Assembly: GCA_013265495.1 (NCBI GenBank)
Contig: MU058221.1
Coordinates: 1,612,001-1,676,000 of the forward strand
Reading direction: 5' to 3'
DNA: 64,000 bases
Source of the DNA: Vicugna vicugna
Lineage: Eukaryota
Shown here in pieces: positions 25,051 through 37,555 of this stretch. The notes beneath the pieces are model-generated. The model worked only from the letters and a program-made list of their open reading frames with translations. It was not told the DNA's origin and made no database searches. Position numbers and translations under genes: made by a program. How positions within the stretch are numbered: the first letter of the stretch is position 1; each line of letters opens with the position of its first letter.

Positions 25051-25264
25051 CCGACTCATCAATTTATTTATGACCGTGGCGACAGGAACTTCAACTTTGG
25101 CTCCACCTCCATGCAGTCGTACAGCTTGTGAGCCCTTGAAAGTTCTTGTTTGACTTAAAATCTAATTCTCAATTCCCAATGTCCCAGCAAGAGTCTATGA
25201 TCGGCCCATCTTGGTTCAGAAGTTGGCACAGCCTCCATCGTCTCAGAACAAAGGAACAAGTTCA

Positions 25265-25715
25265 TTTAAAAAAATTTAAACTGTATCCACTTAATGTGTA
25301 ACACATGATGGTTTGATGGACATATACACAGTGAAATGATTGCTACCATCAAACTAAAATATGTCATATCGTTAGCATATTTTCAGGTGAGAGCACATAG
25401 AATATATTCTCTTACATGTTTCTAGTGTTCAGTATATTATGATTAACTGTTTCATTCGTGCACATCGCTCCTCTAGGGTTATTAACGCTACATGACTGGA
25501 ACTTCGGCCTCTGTGACCAACATCTCCTCATTTTCCCCCTGCCTCCAGCGACAAGAAGCCACCGTTCAACTTTCTGCTTCTATGAGTTGGATTTTTTTAA
25601 GATGCTACCGACAAGCAGATCATGCAGCATTTGTCTTTCCCTTTCTAGCTTATTTCACTTAGCATAAACCCTTCACATTCACCCATGTTTCGAGATGGCA
25701 GGATTTCCGGATTTC
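25265..25715 (-). mobile_element. L1MA/MB 3' end
   Basis: 'acatatacacagtgaaatgattgctaccatcaaacta', 'tgaccaacatctcctcatt' and 'ctgcttctatgagttggatttttt'. Confidence 0.85.
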
Positions 25716-25716
25716 C

Positions 25717-25861
25717 TTTTTTTTTTTAGATTCCACATACGAGTGATAGCATATAGTATTTTTCTTTCTCTTTCTGGCTTACTTCACTTAGAATGACATT
25801 CTCCAGGAGCATCCATGTTGCTGCAAATGGCGTTATCTTATCCCTTTTCATGGCTGAGTAG
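25717..25861 (-). mobile_element. Young L1 3'-region fragment
   Basis: Poly-T followed by 'agattccacatacgagtgat...ggcttacttcacttagaatgacattctccagg...atggctgagtag'. Confidence 0.85.
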
Positions 25862-25863
25862 CT

Positions 25864-25954
25864 GTGGAGGGAAGCAGCTCAGTGGTAGAGGGCATGCCTG
25901 GCATGCACAATGTCCTGGGTTCAATCCCTAGTACTTCCCTTTAAAAAAAAAAAA
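25864..25954 (+). mobile_element. tRNA-derived SINE (camelid Vic-1-like)
   Basis: A-box 'agctcagtgg', B-box 'ggttcaatcc' and a poly-A tail; same family as the SINEs at 49472 and 51990. Confidence 0.85.
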
Positions 25955-26059
25955 GATTTTCTGATACTTGGACACTTCCCACAGTCTCTTCTTAACAGAA
26001 CAACTAGGAAAATCTTTTCACCCAGAGAATCTGCATTTAAAAAATTTATGCCTGTCTTC

Positions 26060-26440
26060 CGTCTTTGCACTACTTACTACCTTTGTCTAAAATGTTTCTC
26101 CCTCGTATGACCACGAGCCTATCTTCCCTACTTCCCTCATGTCTTTGCTCAGTTTTCCCTTTTCAGTGAAGCCAGCTTTCACCGTATTAATACTATATCC
26201 TGCTCCCTGAAGCCAGCACTTCCAGCCTTCTTTACTTTGCTCCACTCTTATTTTTTATAGTATGTGTTGCCTTCTGACATATTATATACATTTATTACTT
26301 ATTGGTTTACTCCCACTGCTTAAATGCAAACAGCAGGTCAAGGATCGTCATCCTTTTTGTTCACCAAAGTATCTCAAGCTCTGGACCAGGTGCTTCCACG
26401 TTATACACGCTCGATAAATATTTATTGGACGTTTGAACAA
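26060..26440 (+). mobile_element. L2 3' fragment
   Basis: 'gtctttgctcag...ttcagtgaagcc' and 'ttgttcaccaaagtatctcaagctc...acgctcgataaatatttattgga'. Confidence 0.8.
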
Positions 26441-27759
26441 TGGTACGACTTTCAGCTCACCTGGAAAACGCATTCGTAAGACACAACATCACAAAAAGAA
26501 ACAATCAAAATTTACTACAATAATTCAAAAGTTGAAACAACATTTAAACATGCAAAAGAGCGTTAAAGTGTAGTCTTATGACGACATGATGAAACACGCC
26601 ATACATTTAGCCAGAGGGGAGGGTATGAATGGCCACGGTGCCCCTGCGCCCCACCTGGGTTTGCACTGAACACGGAGAAGTCCTAGTACAGTGCTGTATG
26701 CTCAGGCGTGCAATTTTATGAGAACAGGCACTCATGAGCCTGCATTTAAAACACACAAACACATTAAGACAAAGCAGAGCCACACATTTCCTGATCAAGG
26801 GCGCATTTTCGTCGATTCGGGTTTATGCATGGAGATTGCAAGAAAACGTCAGTTCTGGGGTTTTCATGAGACCAGTTTCTCCCGGGCACATTGGTAAACA
26901 GATTGTTTATACCCAACGTGTCAAAATACAGCAAATGATGCGTTTCCGTGTGTTTATTTTACAATTGGAGACTGTCAAAAATATTAAAGAGAAATGTGAA
27001 TGAGACACACAATTTTTTTTTCTAATTGTCTGAAATAATAATCGGCATATCGATGCCTGCTGTCACTACAATCAGATGGGATTTTTAAGAATTTCTTCAA
27101 CACCCATATTCTCAAAAGTTAATTTTAAATCTCACGCAGAGCATGGTCAACTCTGTAATTAGCATTGTGCACTTGTGGGTTGTCGGCCAGAAGCAGCAGA
27201 CACCGGCGGTGTCCCACCCATATCCTTCAAATTTCACGTGCTCTGGCCAATTTCCAATGGCCAGGGTCTGCATCCTGCAGCCTACAGGGTTGTTTGCTTT
27301 GTTTTTGTTATTTCCCCTGCATCTTGAGAAGGTCCCTTTGCCTTCAGGGACCAAACACAACCAGTGGTTCTCAAGGGAGCTAAGTATCCTGTCTCATCAA
27401 TGCAGCAATTCTAACGCATGCATCTTTCTTACACATTTCTCAGTTCCCCCAAAAGATTAAGCTCCTTCTTGGCTTAAAATAACACTCTTTATTGTCTGCT
27501 TTACCTTCCAAGTGTCACTGGCTCGTTACTCTATATGTGTTCCCTGAACATCTCCAAAAAGAAAAAAGAAAAAAAGTGCCTCTATTCAGATACTCAAATT
27601 ACCAGATAATTAAGCTACAGCCAGCATAAAACACCACCAGGGTTGACTGCGATACATGGAGTATTCCCAAAATGAGTTTTCTGTTCAAATACGACATGTT
27701 ACAATAGCAGTGTACACATTCTGTCCATTTACATGGAGCAGACGTCTTCATTTCTCCCT

Positions 27760-27872
27760 GTGAGGTGTGTTTCTACCCTTTCATGTCTTAGCCGATCCTG
27801 CTCCCAGGATGGATTTATGTGGGCTACTTGATGGGCCCCCTTGACCTCTGGTTTCCAGTAGGTTATCCACTG
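27760..27872. mobile_element. ERVL LTR fragment (LTR16-like)
   Basis: 'gggcccccttgacctctggtttccagtaggttatccact' resembles the LTR16-group motif. Confidence 0.45.
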
Positions 27873-30451
27873 ATTTTTTTACAAACACATATTTAAATTT
27901 TTTCTCATCCCACAGCGCTCAAAATGTAGACATTCTAAAGAGATGTGTTTTCAAATAACATATGTGTATACAGTACATTATTTTAAATAAAAGGGATGAC
28001 TTTTCTAATGCCACTGGTGTTCTAACTCGCCAAGCCGGCCACAACCACTGTCCTTCAAGTGACGTCATTAATAACTAGGAAACGTTCGCCCTAAAGAGTA
28101 AGAAAACAACATAAAGAAAGCGTCATGATCTCTCACAGCAGAAGGTGATGTTTCGGACAAAAGTTCTTCTACGTGTCGCTCATACGTCACCTAGTTTAAA
28201 CCAAGATTCTGACCCTAAAATTAAAATTACCATGACGTTCAGCAAGCCCAAAGAGTCTACATTTGAATAAAACCGAAGAGAAGAGAGGAATTAAAGAAAC
28301 GTGCAACATGCAGCCGTGCCCTTAGCCCAGGTGTTTAAAGAGCAGGCTCGCGGCTCCGGTCCCCTCCTCTCTAGGCAGCAGCCCCAGCCACGCAGCCATC
28401 CAGCTGTGCACGAAATGAGCACCATTTCCAGGTGGCCTTCCTCAAAGGAACAGCGTTCAGCGACAATTTAAAGTCGCCAGGAAGTGAAACATTTCTCAAA
28501 TAAGAAGCCTTTACAATGGAAATTCTGCCAAGGAGCCGAGAAGGGAAGATTTGAAGTCTGTGCGTACCTGGTCCCACAGCGATCAAGCTTCCCAGCATCT
28601 TTTTAAACGAGCAAAACCTAATGATAATGGAGCTAATTTTACCACGTCATTCTGGGGGAGGAAGACTCTCTATAAACTTCTTTACTAACAGCTAGGATAT
28701 GCTGAGCCCATTTACCATTAAGAGATAAGCACAATGAGAGAAGGTGGTTTTAATATACAGCAGAGAACGTGGACGTAAAACCGCTGATAGAGCAGAATCC
28801 CAGGATCATAGCGTCTGCAACAGTCAACTTTATAGTTCAGGTTACAACTCAACTTCGTATCCCTGGTTCACTTGCTCATAAAAACTTGGGAGAAAGTTCT
28901 TCAACGTTAAAACTTTTCATACTTGGTCTCCAAGTAAATATGAACGACAAACATGGAAGTGTTTCCAATTTAATAGAGAATTTTTTTTCTTTTTCTTTCC
29001 CCAAGGACAATTCTCCAACGCAGGTGCTCAAATGGAGTGAACAATAAGAAATTTAAAACACATGAATCTCATCACTAAACTTCAAACATTTCGTGTGTGT
29101 CCTTTTCCTTTAAACAACACCTGAAGTTCAAGGAATTTAAAATTTTTCTGACAAAACACTGGTCCTTCAAAATGAAGTATCTAGATTCCAAAACCACTGT
29201 AATCGCCTGAAACAGTCCTATCTTCACTAGAGAGAAGGTGAGTGTGATTATTGGACGTTCAACAGACTTGGAACATGGTCCACACACTACTAAAATCATA
29301 CAAAATTACATTTTGCTAAAAGACCTGCCCTAGAATTTTCCCTTTCTGCCCAGGGGTCACCCAGTGCCTCCTTGGCCGGGAGACGCTGTGTCTTACCAAC
29401 AAATCAGACACTTAATGTTTGATAATGCTACTTTCTTTCTAGACCCTTCCTCAATAACCTCTTTCAAAACGTATCTGTTATCCCAGGAAATCTCAAGCTC
29501 TGCTCCCATCAATAATACAAGTCTGCATTCTAACACCTGCTCACCCCTCTCACGACCTTCTCCCGACTTCAAGGCCACTTCCCCTGGCGCCAAGGAGCCC
29601 GAGCCCACCCACCCACGGGGACTTTGGGAAACGTATGGGATAGAAATTTAGGGTGTAGGGTGTAGAAGGCGTTGCTTGCTTTTAGCGAGTAGGAGTCAAG
29701 GGTGTTAATCATGTCGCAGCATCCTGCGGTCACACAAAGTGAACTGCGCCGTCCAAACTGCCAATAGCACCTCCTTGAGAAATAAGGATCTACAGCATCT
29801 CTCACATGAAGACATCGATCATAGAGGGTGTTATTCACGCTAGGCCTGCCTGGTCCCACATATCTTAGCAAACTGGGGTGGTGGAAATATTACACCAACT
29901 GCAACGCAAAAGGATCTTGAATAAAACCCAAGAAAATGCCCCCAGAATTGAGTATGGAAACATAGAAATGGTTACTTGAAACATTTAGATATTTTGTCTC
30001 TAAAGGGCTTTGGATTTGCAGATGAGATGAGGTCAGGGATAAAGTTACCCTCACCCCAGGTGTCTAATGACGTAGCTAACGGAGCACAAAGGTGGTGGGG
30101 AAGGGGGGTTGGGGGTGCAGGTAGCAGGTGTCTGCAGAAAAGGGAACAATTCCATACTTGTAACAAAACTCTGAGGGCAGTGAGAAGAACCTTCCTTGGA
30201 GCAGGGACCTTGTCTGACCCCTCCAGGCCCAAGTGCCTTGTCCCACTGCTTGGTATGAATGACACCAGGCAACTTCTTCTAGACATGGGACTTGTAGCAG
30301 ATGCAGCACAAGTGAAAATATGGAAAGAAAAACATCAAAGACCCATTTGGAGCCACGCATCCTGAGAAAGGCAGAAGCATGAAGGAGCAGTAGTTGGCAA
30401 CACTGTTTGACGCTTTCCTCCGGGGGAAGTGCTAATGGGGTCATTATTTCT

Positions 30452-30620
30452 TTTAATTCTCACAACCCTCAAAGGCTTTGTAAGCCATTTTAAACCTGAA
30501 CATTTTAAACAAGGACGTGAGAGAGGTCAAATGGCTGGGCCAAGTTTGCAGGAGCTGGTCCGTGACAGAGTTAGGACTTGGACCTGACTTGAAATCAGAA
30601 GCTTTAGCCACCATTCTAAC
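30452..30620 (-). mobile_element. MIR
   Basis: 'ttaattctcacaaccctc...agagaggtcaaatggctgggccaag...gagttaggacttggacct'. Confidence 0.75.
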
Positions 30621-31764
30621 CTTCCTTCCTTCTCTGAAAAGATGGGGATGGACTGTCACTGAAAGGCGCCCGTGTTACGGCAGTGAGGAGAGAAAACAGC
30701 CCGAGGTCGGAGGGAGAGAGAGACCTCCCTGGGCTGGCATTTTGCTGGTGACAATACACAGTCTCCAAAAAGAGCCCGGCTGCCGAGATCCGCCTACGGC
30801 CACACCAGGTGGAAAGTCAGCAGGAAGGTGACAGCTTGTCACCGCCCAGCACGGAGGAGGAGCAGGGACAGAATTCTCTGCGGCCGCCATGGAAACGCGC
30901 CGCTCGGCCTTCCTGAGCCCAACTGCACGTCCCACGGCTCTGCCCCTGCAGGACGGGGGGCTCCCCCACGGGCAGCAGCCTCGGGCCTGAGGGCTCTCAG
31001 GTTGGCCTGGCCAAAACGTCCTTAGAATACGCCGCGGTCTGAGACAGCTCCTGGCCAAACCTCCCTCCTGCTGTCTCTCCTCGGCGGGGTCATCCCGACA
31101 CTCAGGTCGTGGGTTGAAGGTTTTCTCCTGCTTCTTTCAGCATTGCTCCATTCCTCCACACGTGTTTTCCCAAATATAGAGCTCATGCGTCTAACCCCAT
31201 CCTTCCTGGGGTCTGCTCCCCTAGGCCAAACATTCCATTGCAATGTATCCTGTGGGTGCCCCAAATCCACCCATACTTTTTTTTTTAATACAGCACTTCA
31301 GCCATGCTTTAAAAAATTCATAATAACATCAACTACCAAAGCACAAATTGATCATCTTTGGGATAAGTTAGATACCTCATATTAAAAGGAAAGGGATGAA
31401 TTTTCTTCAGGAAAGAAGAAAAAGTCAGATCTCATCAGCTCTTAGATCCAAGCCTAAGTCTGCATCTCCGAAGGACAGCCATTTCTCCGTCTGCCACCTC
31501 CTCTCATCTTAGCTTCCTCTTCCACTTTGCAGACTTTGAACCTAATGCCGGCAGCGCGTGCTGTGTGAATTAGTTGGGGAAATGAGAGCAAAACAGAACT
31601 ATTAGCGAAAATGTACACATGTGTCCATCGTACAGAAAGGAAGAAAACACGGATATTTCTTTCCGCAAGACCACAGTCGTTAACACTGTGGCTCGCTTCT
31701 TCTGTCTGCGGCCGTCTGCGTTTCCTCGGCCCTACGCTTGTCAGGGTTCTCGGCCTGAAGAGTT

Positions 31765-32110
31765 GTGTCAGTAAGGGGAAGGTTCGGCTTCTGTAACCAA
31801 AAAAAGCCAACAGTAAGCCAATGGCTTAAAGATACCAAACTCTATCTGCCTTTTACAAATACTACAGGGTGTTCATTCATGATGCGCGTCTGGCAACGTG
31901 TGGCTTCCAAGACGCTCCGGCCACTGCTCCTCTCTGGTTGGCAGAGGAAAATGAGGGACACTCGAGGCACAGGATTTCTTTTTAAGCACGTAACATGGAA
32001 ATAAAGACATCGCTCTCACCCACAGCACGTTGGTAAAGCATGAGAGCTGGGAAACGATGTCTCTAGTTGCACGATCATGCATCCAGGGCAAAGGAGAGCT
32101 TGGCTTTGGC
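31765..32110 (-). mobile_element. Ancient MaLR LTR (MLT1K/L-like)
   Basis: 'gtcagtaaggggaaggttcggcttctgtaacc...aatggcttaaa', 'aacgtgtggcttccaag' and 'gctgggaaacgatgtctctag'. Confidence 0.65.
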
Positions 32111-32929
32111 GAGAAAATTAACCACTCCCATCACGTGAACTGATCAGAACTTCATTTCTGAGGGGGCCCGAACCTTTTGGGGTTCTGTCTGCATTTGAAG
32201 TAATTTTCCATTCCCGTTGCTCCCTGGACAAAAGGAAACTGGAAAGCCTCCCCAGGGGAGCCCCCAGGCTCAGGACGCGCTGTTTCTTCACTTCGTTGTG
32301 TGGCTTCACTGCTTTCTGCCCGCTGATAACCAGGCTCATTTAACCATGCCAGTTACCACTCCCAACTCCCTTTGTCCGTGTTCATCAGGTAGGCAAAGAA
32401 ACCCAAGAACTCAGATGACGATCACCATCCGCTAATTCAGCTGAATCACTCCTGCATCCTGTAATGAAAATCTTCTCTTTTTAGGAACCCAGACGCTAAG
32501 CCAGCAGAGCCCAGAGGTGCAGGAATTGGAGGTAAAAATTGTGTAAGTTACTTAGAACAATGATGAAAAACACTCCCGCTTTCATTTTATGTTACAATGG
32601 ACTGCCTCTTCCATTCTCTTGATTTCCAGAGGTGGGGAAAAAGCATTTTTTTTTAAGTCAAACACATACCTGGCCTCTAGCCTCATTTGATAAATTCTTC
32701 TACCAAGGGCTTGTCCTGCAGGCCATTTGGTTTCCCCCCTTTCCCTGAGCCTGAGAGGCAGCAACACAGGTACATGATTTTCTACCAAGATTCAAATGTT
32801 CCTCTGGGAGTTTACGCCGTGTGCTAGACCAGTCAGTGTGCAGGGAGCTAGGCTGCCTAGAAGTTGGGCTCTCCCCACACACGTGTCCACCAAGCTAGAG
32901 CTCTCAGTCATAACGATGCTGTCTGCCGC

Positions 32930-34075
32930 TCCATCTGCAAATCGCATCCTCTGTATTCCACTTGGTCCTTGGGTGTGTTCTATTCGGGTTATACCAATTC
33001 CGTCAAAGCCACTATCATCACCTCTAGTCTAGACTCTCAGACCTCCTTTCACACCCCCACGGCCAGCCACTACTTGCCACCCCCCGAATCCATCCTTCAC
33101 ACGCTACCAGAGTGATCCTTTTAAACATCAGTGAGATCATTCATTGTCTTTAAAATCTCCCAGTGACTCCAGAAAACAATCTGAAGGTGTGACAACCCCA
33201 CTGAATCTCTTGATGTCATCGCCCATCATACACTTCCTTGGGCTCTTTGCCCTTCTGTTGCCAGTGGGCGCAGCTGGTGCTCCAGGTTCTCGTCCCGCCC
33301 CAGAAAGAATTCAGAGACAAGACACAGTGGTTAAGAAAGTGAAGTGGGGATTTATTAAGGGATGGACAGCACACTCTCAAGGGGGGAGCAGGCAGGCTCA
33401 GGGGAGCGGCTGCCCTGAGTTTCTTTGGCAAGTTAGTCACAGAGGGTGTAAAAATGAATGGGTGGAATATTCACTGGGGAGGGACGGGTTTGGGTTCATA
33501 TTCCCTGATTATCATCCCAACTGCACCGTCCCAAAGGGAGGAGGGATTTTGTCCTTATTTAGTCTGGATCAGAAATGTCATGGTGTCGGTGCATGATGGG
33601 TACTTCTACTCTGCAAGGCTATTTTGATTGAAATAATGAGCAAAAGGTTACATTCGGACACCAGAAACTCCTTCCTTTTCCCTCCTTTCTTTGTTGGCCT
33701 CCAGGCCACTCATCACCCCAAAAGGTGTGGCCCCTTATCAGCCCAGAGGTTCCTGCTTTTCCTTCTCTGCCCAGGGACCCCTGGGGCTCACACGATGTGC
33801 AGTTTCCTGCATTTGGCCTGTGCCCCTCCTTTCTGCCCAGGTCCTGCCATTTGGTCGACATTCCCCCTGTCTCTGCTCACATCTAGCTGTCTGCCTGCTC
33901 TGACATTTCTTGTTGTTTCTGGAATTAGTGGAACACAATTTTCTATATGACTTTTTCCATTTTCTTCTGCCTTAAGCTCCGTCCTCACAGACAGCCTGGT
34001 GGCCATCTGCCCTGCTTCCTCCAGGTCTTTTCCTTGAATATTATCTCAACAGTGGGTCCTACTCTGACCGAATTG
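32930..34075 (+). mobile_element. L2 fragment interrupted by an ERV1 LTR
   Basis: 'atccatccttcacacgctaccagagtgatcctttta' before the LTR; L2-like sequence resumes after 33905. Confidence 0.7.
33256..33905 (-). mobile_element. Lineage-specific ERV1 solo LTR, 650 bp
   Basis: TG...CA ends, TSD cttc/tttc (one mismatch), and an antisense AATAAA near 33351. Closely paralogous to the outer LTR at 46715-47997. Confidence 0.92.
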
Positions 34076-34334
34076 CATAAGCTAACACTTTTCCCATCTC
34101 AACTAAGCATTTTTTCCAGTTTTTGAACTAGCCTTTCGAAAAAGTTGCCATATTGAATTTGAAATTGTTTTCCAAGAAGAATAAGCTGAAGACAGGGAAG
34201 GTAATTTTCACACGGAAATTCTATGAAGATTTGTTTTCTTGTATTTGACTTGTGAAATAGCCTGGATTATTTCATAATTTTCTTGATAATAAAAGTCATG
34301 GTAATTTTGTTGGCTATTCTAAAAATACAGTATG

Positions 34335-34365
<31 letters not shown>

Positions 34366-34366
34366 A
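34335..34366. repeat. (TA)n(TG)n microsatellite
   Basis: Read directly from the sequence. Confidence 0.9.
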
Positions 34367-35129
34367 TCATCTTATTTCAGTAGTTGCTTTCAAATAAATA
34401 AGGGCTGTGTTTGTGTCTGCATCTCACCATGCATATCGCTCCTCCTAGGAGAACAATTTTAATTTTATACAGAATGTGTCTTAGCAGAGGGTTAGCTGAC
34501 ACCGCCATGCCAAAGTTAGTGGTGTAATTAAAATGTGTACGAGGCAGATAGATGGCAACTGACTCCCCGTGGTTCCCTCCAGTATGGACTCTCTAAATCA
34601 CACGCCCTGCTTATGACTACAGCCACGTGCTGCCGTCTCCCTAACCACCTTCTTCACAACTGCATGCGCCATGCAGGGGATGGGTTTTTCTTTACTAGCT
34701 GCAGGGAAGCAAGATGCAGGACAAAGCTTGAGTGCAATTTTGCACATTCTCTTTAAACAGAAGGGTATACAATAGGATGAAAATTTCAAATTCATGGAAG
34801 AGGACAATGGGTGTCCATTTCCAATGGAGCAAGCTTTAGAAAGTGAAATGACAGAGTCGTCCAAACAAGTGAAATGCACTCATTTAGCAAAGGCAAGTTG
34901 CTCTGGATACCACGGCTTCATGGAATGTTACCCAGCTGAGCTGTGTCATTGAGAGCTGTCAGTTCTTAGCAGGAGAAGGCAGAATTGAACGCTGGTAATT
35001 GAACATGAGAGCGATAAAGCCAAAATCACAAAGGCAGAATATCGAAGCTTTGGTCTTCAGAGAGGAAAGAACTTTGGGTAAATGATTAAGAAAAAAGTGT
35101 CAATTTTTACTAGAGTTCTGCTAACATAT

Positions 35130-35660
35130 GATGTAAGACTGCGAACATCCATTCCCGAATATATATGAATAATAGGTATGCTGTTCATAGCAGCATATTC
35201 GTAACAGCCAAAATACTGAGAACAACTTAGACATGCATTCACAGTTCAGAGAGAAATAGTGGTGTATTCGGGCAATAAAATTATATGTAGCAATTAAAAT
35301 TCATGAATTAGAGCTACATACAACAATATGAGTGAATCTCTCAAACACAGTACTACGAAAAAGACATCAGATATAAAACAACCCCATACTATACGGTCCC
35401 ACTTACTGAAAATTGCAAAACAGGCAAAACTGCAGTGCTGGAAGTTTGGACAGTGGCCGTCTTTTGTGTGGATGTAATGCGGTGTGCTTGAGACGGGTTA
35501 CAGGCAAGTCTTCTGCATCGATGCCAGTGTCTGTTTCTTGACTTGGATGATGTGTTCAAGGGAGTTTATTTCTGTATCATTTAATGACCTGTACATTTAT
35601 TGTTCTGTTTACTATTCTTTATGTGAGTCACACTTCAATGAGACCAAGGTCTAAAAATAC
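35130..35660 (+). mobile_element. L1ME 3' end
   Basis: 'atgagtgaatctctcaaacacagt', 'aaaacaggcaaaact' and 'ctgtttcttgacttggatgatg'. Confidence 0.85.
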
Positions 35661-36404
35661 AATGCGTAAATCTATTTGAAAAGGCAAGTGAGTAAAGTTC
35701 TAGCTAACGGAAAGTTTATGGTAGTCTTATTTAATTTCAATTATTGCTAAACAAAAGCCACAGACCAAAAAAAAATTACTCTCCTAAAACTGCATTAACA
35801 TAAAATCACAGACAGGTGGGTATCTTTGTGACTGCACTTCCTTTTGCCTGCTTGGAGAATGGAAATTCCTCTCTAGGAAAGGTACCTCACAGTGGGAAAA
35901 CAGGTAGCTGTTCTGGATGCAGAAACTGAGGCCAGTGCTGGGCGTGCTGTGCAAGAAGAGAGCAAGGGTGTTGCTCTTCTTTGGAAAACACCAGGAACGA
36001 ACTTGGGGGAGTTTAGAAGCTGGTGGATGAGATGGAGATAAAGTGAGAGCTGCACCTGGAGCCCTTGTCTCTTCAGTGATGCACACGACTTGCACTCTGT
36101 TTCCACCTAGGATGATATGAAACAAAGAAAAGGAAACAGTAGCAAGAGGTATGGGATAGTCAATACGAAAACCATAAACACACACACACATGCACAAATG
36201 GGAAATGACAGAGAGCAAAAAGTAACTAAGAGCAACAGAAGCCTTCGCAAAACAACAGCACCAACACAGCAACAGAAAATAAACCATAGTAACACGAAGA
36301 TAAAAGTGAGTGGCCCTTCTTACGTAAGGCGAGATTTGGGCCATTTTATTTTCACAAGACAGGGCAATCCCAGCAAGGCTGGACGATTTAGGGACGTCTC
36401 GGTT

Positions 36405-36610
36405 ACATAAGCATCCGCACAGTTTCTCTGCAGTGTAACACGTCTTACATTTCATCCTCACCATAATCCTGTAAGGTGGTTGTCATTAGCCTTATTTTAT
36501 GCCTGAGGATATCGAGTCGGAGGCCGGCTAAGAATGTCGCCCCTGTCCATGGGCTAGTAGGTGGCCGAGGCAGAGATCAAAATAACTCGAAATTCTGCGC
36601 ACTGCCTTCC
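36405..36610 (-). mobile_element. MIR
   Basis: 'catttcatcctcaccataatcctgtaaggtggttgtcattagccttattttatgcctgagga'. Confidence 0.75.
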
Positions 36611-37344
36611 ATTAACTCCAGAAGACCAATCGTTTCCTAAGACTAATTTTATGTGAACTAAATTTAGCTATCTTTGATCTGTGAACACTTTCCCTATTTT
36701 TAAATTGGATCCAGGTGTGCTACCAATTCTGTTTCATTGTAGCTTTTTTGAGGATACCTTAAGTCCGATGTTTTCAAAACCCAGAAAATAATTTAAACAA
36801 TAAATGAAAATGTTTTCATTATGTTCATACTTAGAGACACTTTATAAACTGCAGAGAGAGAGAGACTGGATTGTCTATCAGTCTGGGTCGCAGCTTCCAT
36901 GACGTACTTTCAAGAGAACAGGAGAAAACCCCACTCTTTCACAAGGTACAACTACCGAAGTTCTAACTTAGTGAGAACATCAGTCTTTCACACGTTAAAT
37001 CACTGGAGCATTCACATCCCCCTGGACGTGGTAACAGGTTCTGCGAGTAGTCATCTTAGTAATGAGGGACTAGAGCATTTTGTAGCAGCATGGAACAAGG
37101 TCCACTTGGCCTGGGGAGAAACTGACTTGGTTTGGAAGGCTGGCTCAAAGGGCAGTCTGCGTCCGCTGTCACCTTAGGCCAGAGCTGTAGTCTCCTTAAT
37201 AATAAAAAGAGGATACAAATAATAATACTTAATATAGATCTGAAGATGCAAGTTTATAATGTAAAGCACAGTAACACAATACAAAGAATTGCTCAGTAAA
37301 TACTTCCTGTAATTGAACAAAATCATGACGGTGACAGGATCCTC

Positions 37345-37555
37345 TAGGCTGATAAACTACTGCTTGCAGAAGAAATCTGGCCCACAGCTTGCTCTTGTAA
37401 ATAAAGTTTTATTGGAACACAACCAAGTTCAGAGTGTGTGTATTGTCTGTGTCTGCTTTCACACCACACAGCGGAGCTGAGCAGTTGTGACAGGGACCAC
37501 ATACCCACAAAGCCAAAAATATTTACTATCTGGCTTCTTACAGAAAAGAATTATT
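37345..37555. mobile_element. MER58A-like MITE (opposite orientation to the 23680 copy)
   Basis: 'ttgtaaataaagttttattggaacaca' and 'gagctgagcagttgtgacagggaccac...aaaatatttactatctggc'. Confidence 0.9.

Noticed and set aside
25864..25940. tRNA-like sequences here and at ~49560-49632 and ~52040-52115
   Set aside because: Degenerate stems, A-rich tails and a TSD in one case mark these as SINE heads, not tRNA genes.
33144..33596. 150-aa ORF with a signal-peptide-like stretch, similar to ORF 47208-47564
   Set aside because: It spans an L2/LTR junction antisense to the LTR, and the similarity comes from the paralogous LTRs.
35784..36464. Longest ORF (226 aa, minus strand)
   Set aside because: Low-complexity C/V/F/L composition, runs through a (CA)n tract and a MIR, and has no recognisable domain. 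Most likely a chance ORF.
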